Origin: a virus
Taxonomy: Duplodnaviria > Heunggongvirae > Uroviricota > Caudoviricetes
Virus record (IMG/VR): IMGVR_UViG_3300010356_001624
Location: 64,001 to 75,010 of that record
Strand: one strand, 5' to 3'
DNA: 11,010 bases
This document shows positions 7,018 through 11,010 of the stretch, piece after piece. Position 1 is the stretch's first letter; each line of letters begins with the position of its first letter. Under the pieces are notes generated by a model. The model had not been told where the DNA came from and ran no database searches. It saw only the letters and a list, made by a program, of their open reading frames with translations. A program made the translations under genes and the position numbers.

Positions 7018-7049
7018 TTTGTATATTTGAAAAAACTGAAATATATTTG
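7018..7049 (+). promoter_or_regulatory. Bacteroidota-type primary-sigma promoter (-33 TTTG / -7 TAnnTTTG)
   Basis: TTTG at 7018-7021, a 20-nt spacer, and TATATTTG at 7042-7049, upstream of the SSB start at 7107. A second TATATTTG lies at 7022-7029. Confidence 0.65.
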
Positions 7050-7105
7050 TATTGTAATTTAATTTTAATTGTAAAAATAATAACTGTAACTTAAAAAACT
7101 GAAAT
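7030..7105 (+). repeat. 13-bp direct repeat AAAAAACTGAAAT x2
   Basis: Exact copies at 7030-7042 and 7093-7105, 63 nt apart. Confidence 0.8.
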
Positions 7106-7106
7106 T

Positions 7107-8363
7107 ATGAGTAATGTAACTGAAGGAAAATCACCACAAGGTGGTGATTTATCACAACTGAAAAAAATGTTTGCTGACTATCAAAAAAAACAATCACAAG
7201 CAAACAAAAAAACATCATCCCGTGAAAATATTCTTGCTAAGTATTTTGTGCCTAGAAATACGAAAGAAACGTTTAGAATATTACCACCAAAACAAGGTAG
7301 AAAACATATTGAAGAAGCCTATTTTCATGTTGTTACTACAAACATTGCGGGTGGTGTAAAAAAGCATGGTACAATTCTTTATTGTCCTGCACACAATGAC
7401 CCTAGAGTTCCAAAAATTGGTAGTGATGGTAAACCTATGTTAGACCAAAACAATAATCCAATTTTAGTTCCAGCACCATGTCCTCTATGTGCAAAGTATA
7501 AAAAACTATTATCACAACAAGACCCATCATTAATTGGTGTTAAGAAAGAGGAAATGAATGATGTTCAAAAAAGAATAAAGGCAAAAAACGATGAAATATA
7601 TAAAGAAGCCATTAAATGGGAAGCAAAGAAATTTTATATAATTCGTGGTATTGATAAAGGTGCTGAAAAGGATGGTGTTAAATTTTGGAGATTTAAACAC
7701 AATTATAAAAATCAAGGAACTCTTGATAAACTACTTCCAATTTTAGAAGATTATATGATGATGAATCAAGCAGATTTTTCAGACCCATATAATGGAACTG
7801 ATTTAAATATTATAATGACTGATAGTGAATTTAATGGTCGTGTTTATAAGGCAATATCAGCAATTACAGCAAGAGGAAAATCTAAATTATCACAAGACCC
7901 TCTTGTGATGAAACAATGGCTTGATGATGATATTAGTTGGAGAGATGTTTTCTTACCAAAGAAAGCACCAAATATAACACCATTTGAATTTTTAGAAATG
8001 GTTGTAAGTGGTACTAATCCATATTGGGATGATACTGATGCAAAAAATAAACGTTGGGTATTTCCAAATAGACCTGATTTGGAAGAATTAGCAAATACAC
8101 GTAAAATGAATTTAGATTCAACTGAAGATGATAATTTTGAATATGCTTCTGATTTAGAGGATGTTGAATATCCACGTGTAACAATAAGCAATATAACCGA
8201 ATCTGATGTTGGAACATATGATGATGATGCTACTGATTTAGGTAGTGATGTTATGGAAAATGAAGATGATTTGAATGAGAATGATTCAAATGATGATTCA
8301 GAAATAAGTGATTTTTCTGATTATGATATGGATTCTGATGATTATGATGATTTACCATTTTAA
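7107..8363 (+). CDS. gp32: T4 gp32-like single-stranded DNA-binding protein
   Basis: TFRILPP, candidate Zn ligands H74, C93, C125 and C128 (FHVV, YCP, CPLC), KKFYIIRGID...GVKFWRF, DFSDPYNGTDL, and a long acidic tail ending DDLPF. Confidence 0.8.
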   Translation: MSNVTEGKSPQGGDLSQLKKMFADYQKKQSQANKKTSSRENILAKYFVPRNTKETFRILPPKQGRKHIEEAYFHVVTTNIAGGVKKHGTILYCPAHNDPRVPKIGSDGKPMLDQNNNPILVPAPCPLCAKYKKLLSQQDPSLIGVKKEEMNDVQKRIKAKNDEIYKEAIKWEAKKFYIIRGIDKGAEKDGVKFWRFKHNYKNQGTLDKLLPILEDYMMMNQADFSDPYNGTDLNIIMTDSEFNGRVYKAISAITARGKSKLSQDPLVMKQWLDDDISWRDVFLPKKAPNITPFEFLEMVVSGTNPYWDDTDAKNKRWVFPNRPDLEELANTRKMNLDSTEDDNFEYASDLEDVEYPRVTISNITESDVGTYDDDATDLGSDVMENEDDLNENDSNDDSEISDFSDYDMDSDDYDDLPF

Positions 8364-8372
8364 TTTATTTTT

Positions 8373-8416
8373 AAATCCAATTGGTGTTGATTAAAATACC
8401 AATTGGATTTTTTTTT
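8373..8416 (+). terminator. Intrinsic terminator with 16-bp stem
   Basis: AAATCCAATTGGTGTT (8373-8388), loop GATTAA, AATACCAATTGGATTT (8395-8410), with one G-U pair. T-run at 8408-8416. Starts 10 nt after the SSB stop. Confidence 0.8.
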
Positions 8417-8443
8417 ATTTAATTTTAATAAAATTTATATATA

Positions 8444-9586
8444 ATGAAAAACGATTCTTTAAATTTAGATAGTGATGGTATTCAAGGAAATAAAAGAAAA
8501 CCAACACCCAAAAAAACATTTTCTTTAGAGAACTTTAAGAAAAAGGCAAATGTTGAAGATGTACCCAATAAACCATTAGAATGGATTACTTTATCTTCAG
8601 GTTTTAAAAAAGCAACAGGTCTTCCTGGTGTAGCAAAGGGTTATGTTAATTTATTTCGTGGACATACAAATACAGGAAAGTCAACAGCAATTTGTGAAAC
8701 ATTAGTTGAATCTCAAAAAATGGGAATTTTACCTATTCTAATAGATACAGAAAATAATATGGGTAAAGGTAATTATCGATTAAGTGAGTTGGGTTTTGAT
8801 TTTGATAATTATATAAGAGTGGATAATGATTATCTTTTGACTGAATTTGGAAAAAAACAAAATAAAAATAGAAATGAAGCATCAATTGAAGATTTAGCAA
8901 AATGTTTTTATTATTTTTTAGACATGCAAGAATCTGGTGAATTACCATACGATTTATTATTTGCAATTGATTCTATTGGTACATTAAATTGTATAAAAAC
9001 AATTGATGCAGCAGAAAAAGACGATACACAAAACAATATGTGGAATGCTGGTGCATATGAAAAATCTTTTATGTATTTGTTAAATAATATAATACCAAGT
9101 AGTAGAAAGGGTAATAGAAAATATACAAATACTGTAGCAGCAGTTCAAAAAATTTGGATTGATAATATGAATAAAGGTGTGGTAAAACATAAAGGTGGTG
9201 AAACTTGGTATTTAGGTTCTAGGTTAATATATCATTTTGGTGGAATTATTACACATGGAACTAAAGCAGCAGTTGCTGAGAGTAAAAAACGTGTTGTTTC
9301 ATATGGTATTGATACAAAAATTGGTGTTGCAAAAAACCATATTGACGGTCCGTTGGGTGGTATATCAATGCAAGGTAGAATTGTTTCAACACCATTGGGT
9401 TTTGTACATCCTGATGATATTCCTGATTTCAAGAAAAAACATATTCTTTATTTTAGAAATCTTTTTGGTGATGATTCTATTAATGAAAATGATTTAGTTC
9501 TTTCAACAAAGAACATTGATGGGGAAGGAAAAATATCATTTGAAGATGATATTGTAGAACATATGGATTTTGAAGATGAAGATTAG
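8444..9586 (+). CDS. uvsX: UvsX/RecA-like recombinase
   Basis: Walker A GHTNTGKS (aa 73-80), LIDTE, Walker B LLFAIDSIG, KGG loop and late KNH motif. It is too divergent to be a canonical bacterial RecA and sits next to a gp32-like SSB. Confidence 0.85.
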   Translation: MKNDSLNLDSDGIQGNKRKPTPKKTFSLENFKKKANVEDVPNKPLEWITLSSGFKKATGLPGVAKGYVNLFRGHTNTGKSTAICETLVESQKMGILPILIDTENNMGKGNYRLSELGFDFDNYIRVDNDYLLTEFGKKQNKNRNEASIEDLAKCFYYFLDMQESGELPYDLLFAIDSIGTLNCIKTIDAAEKDDTQNNMWNAGAYEKSFMYLLNNIIPSSRKGNRKYTNTVAAVQKIWIDNMNKGVVKHKGGETWYLGSRLIYHFGGIITHGTKAAVAESKKRVVSYGIDTKIGVAKNHIDGPLGGISMQGRIVSTPLGFVHPDDIPDFKKKHILYFRNLFGDDSINENDLVLSTKNIDGEGKISFEDDIVEHMDFEDED

Positions 9587-10613
9587 GACATTATTGGTTG
9601 ATTCATCATACTTATTACAACGTTCATTTCACGGTGCAAGAGATACTTACACCGTGAAATTTGGACATATTGGTGGATTATATCAATTTTTAACAACTGT
9701 TCGTAAATTAATAAAAACACATAAAATTAATAAAGTTGTTTTAGTTTGGGATGGTGAAAATAGTGGAATATATAGACATAGAATTGATAGTAATTACAAA
9801 TCGAATAGAAAAAACAAAGAATGGTATCGTAAAATTGAAATGAGTGATGTTGAAATAAAAAAAGAAAAAGAAAAAGAAGAATCAATATTAAAACAGAAAA
9901 AAAGAATACAAGCATATGCAGAAGAATTATTTTTAAGACAAATAGAAGTTGACGAAATAGAAGGTGATGATTTAATTGCAAAATATTGTATTGAATATCA
10001 TGATAAAGAAGAAATTTTATTATATTCAAATGACAAAGATTTTCTTCAATTATTAGATTTAAATATTTTAATTTTATTTCCAAATAAAGAACAACCAATA
10101 AATAAAATTAATTATATTATGCACTTTAGTCATCATTATACAAATGCTTTAGTTTATAAAATAATTTGTGGCGATGCTTCAGATAATATAAAAGGTATTG
10201 ATGGATTGGGTGAAAAAAGTTTATTGAAATATTTTCCAGAATTAAAATTTAAAAAATTGACTGTTCGTGAAATTTGTATTAAAGCAAAAGAATTTAATGA
10301 AAATAGATTAAAAGAAAATAAAAAACCAATAAAGGCATTGGATAATTTATTGAACAATGTGAATAGATTAAAAACAAATTATAAATTAGTTAATTTAAAA
10401 AATCCAATACTTAATGAAAAAGCAAAGGAAGAATTATTACAATTAGAAGTACCATTATCTCCAGAAAATAGGGGGAGTAAAAATTTGTATAATATGATGA
10501 TTGAAGATGATTTTTTAAGTGTTTATGGTAGCACTTTTCCTAATTACGTTGAACCGTTTTATACTGTAATTATGAATGAAAAAAAATTATTAACTGAATA
10601 TTATAAAAAATAA
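9576..10613 (+). CDS. 5'-3' exonuclease / flap endonuclease (Pol I 5'-nuclease, T4 RNase H family)
   Basis: LLVDSSYLL, VVLVWDG, YRHRIDSNYKSNR, EIEGDDLIA, SNDKDFLQL and H3TH motif GDASDNIKGIDGLGEKS. ATG 9576 is preferred over the TTG at 9570 used by the track, and it overlaps the recombinase stop. Confidence 0.92.
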   Translation: MKIRTLLVDSSYLLQRSFHGARDTYTVKFGHIGGLYQFLTTVRKLIKTHKINKVVLVWDGENSGIYRHRIDSNYKSNRKNKEWYRKIEMSDVEIKKEKEKEESILKQKKRIQAYAEELFLRQIEVDEIEGDDLIAKYCIEYHDKEEILLYSNDKDFLQLLDLNILILFPNKEQPINKINYIMHFSHHYTNALVYKIICGDASDNIKGIDGLGEKSLLKYFPELKFKKLTVREICIKAKEFNENRLKENKKPIKALDNLLNNVNRLKTNYKLVNLKNPILNEKAKEELLQLEVPLSPENRGSKNLYNMMIEDDFLSVYGSTFPNYVEPFYTVIMNEKKLLTEYYKK

Positions 10614-10620
10614 TATTTTT

Positions 10621-10650
10621 TTTGTTTATTATTAAAATATAATATATTTT
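10621..10650 (+). promoter_or_regulatory. Possible degenerate Bacteroidota-type promoter
   Basis: TTTG at 10621-10624, an 18-nt spacer, and TATATTTT at 10643-10650 (one mismatch to TAnnTTTG), upstream of ATG 10682. Confidence 0.3.
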
Positions 10651-10681
10651 TATACAATAAAACTTTTTAAATTATACGAAA

Positions 10682-11010
10682 ATGGAAGAAAAAGATGTTA
10701 ATATTTTTAAATTTTCTTTATCACAGGGTGATATAATTTTATGTGAAAAAATTTTTGATGGAAATGTTTTTAGTCCGTATGTTAGATATTCAGTGGATAT
10801 TAGAGATATTTTACCAAAAATAATAACAAGATTACAAAAACTATTATCCAAACAACAATATAGTCATATATATTATGTAGGTAAGGATAGTATTAATTCA
10901 GAAAATTTAACACATTATGATTTTTTAAATTATAATAATCATATAATTAATTCTTTTCCTAAAAAACAAAGAGAAGAATTAAAATATCAACCAAAACCAA
11001 TCATTTACAT
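10682..11010 (+). CDS. Hypothetical protein, partial (runs off the window end)
   Basis: Not in the ORF track. Open for 109 codons: MEEKDVNIFKFSLSQGDIILCEKIFDGNVFSPYVRYSVDIRDILPKIITRLQKLLS...KYQPKPIIY. Confidence 0.85.
   Translation, partial: MEEKDVNIFKFSLSQGDIILCEKIFDGNVFSPYVRYSVDIRDILPKIITRLQKLLSKQQYSHIYYVGKDSINSENLTHYDFLNYNNHIINSFPKKQREELKYQPKPIIY

Larger units (their letters stand above)
1..11010 (+). mobile_element. Segment of a large (jumbo-type) dsDNA bacteriophage genome, probable Bacteroidota host
   Basis: A gp32-type SSB, a UvsX-like recombinase and a stand-alone 5'-3' exonuclease are adjacent. Acidic unknown ORFs are densely packed on one strand, and no bacterial housekeeping context is present. 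Host inferred from the promoter at 7018-7049 and SD-less starts. Free phage versus prophage cannot be determined from this window. Confidence 0.85.

Noticed and set aside
7171-9497. Alternative-frame + strand ORFs 7171-7359 and 9237-9497
   Set aside because: Fully nested in the SSB and recombinase genes, short, and without recognisable features.
2031-10357. Minus-strand ORFs in the track (2031-2222, 2319-2528, 6665-6862, 7530-7715, 7844-8191, 8014-8217, 8733-8966, 9232-9432, 9727-10098, 10154-10357)
   Set aside because: All lie antisense to well-supported + strand genes and have the F/L/I/S-rich composition expected from the reverse complement of A-rich coding DNA. No motifs or expression signals were seen.
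8444-10613. Intein, intron or homing endonuclease in the recombinase or nuclease
   Set aside because: Both ORFs are of ordinary length with contiguous motifs. No splice-junction or LAGLIDADG/HNH/GIY-YIG motifs were seen.
9570-10613. Calling the last complete gene DNA polymerase I (polA)
   Set aside because: Only the 5'-nuclease domain is present, and the ORF stops at 10613 with no polymerase domain.
1-11010. Stop-codon reassignment (as in some large Bacteroidota phages)
   Set aside because: Genes are full length in the standard code and end at TAA, TGA and TAG at sensible boundaries. The TAG at 2956 is followed immediately by TGA, and the TAG at 9584 by TGA four codons later.
1-11010. tRNA, rRNA or structured ncRNA genes
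   Set aside because: Intergenic gaps are at most about 105 nt, extremely AT-rich, and accounted for by terminators and promoters. No cloverleaf or GC-rich structured island was seen.

Overview
This very AT-rich window looks like part of a large tailed-phage (jumbo-type, T4-like replication gene set) genome. That call is inferred from gene content. All credible genes are on the + strand, tightly packed, and read in the standard code. There are three modules. (1) 1-2027 is the tail of a nucleotide-sugar cluster: the 3' end of a small HAD-type phosphatase, an RfaE2/HldE-C-like heptose-1-phosphate nucleotidyltransferase, an HldD/RfaD ADP-heptose 6-epimerase, and a translationally coupled unknown gene. 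(2) 2039-7001 holds putative late/virion genes. These include a 58-aa ORF missing from the ORF track and three consecutive proteins whose ~25-27-aa N-terminal leaders end in [IL]-N-E; two of the leaders are clearly homologous. One of the three proteins is an ImmA/IrrE-like HExxH metallopeptidase and one is a 691-aa modular acidic protein. A 471-aa beta-rich probable structural protein follows. (3) 7018-11010 is a replication/recombination block: gp32-like Zn-binding SSB with a bacterial-type DDLPF tail, UvsX/RecA-like recombinase, 5'-3' exonuclease/flap endonuclease, and a truncated unknown gene. A TTTG-N20-TAnnTTTG promoter and starts lacking Shine-Dalgarno sequences point to a Bacteroidota host. 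The best leads are a candidate capsid-targeting/prohead-protease processing system for packaged cargo proteins and a phage-borne ADP-heptose pathway. All family assignments come from motif recognition by eye; no database search was run.
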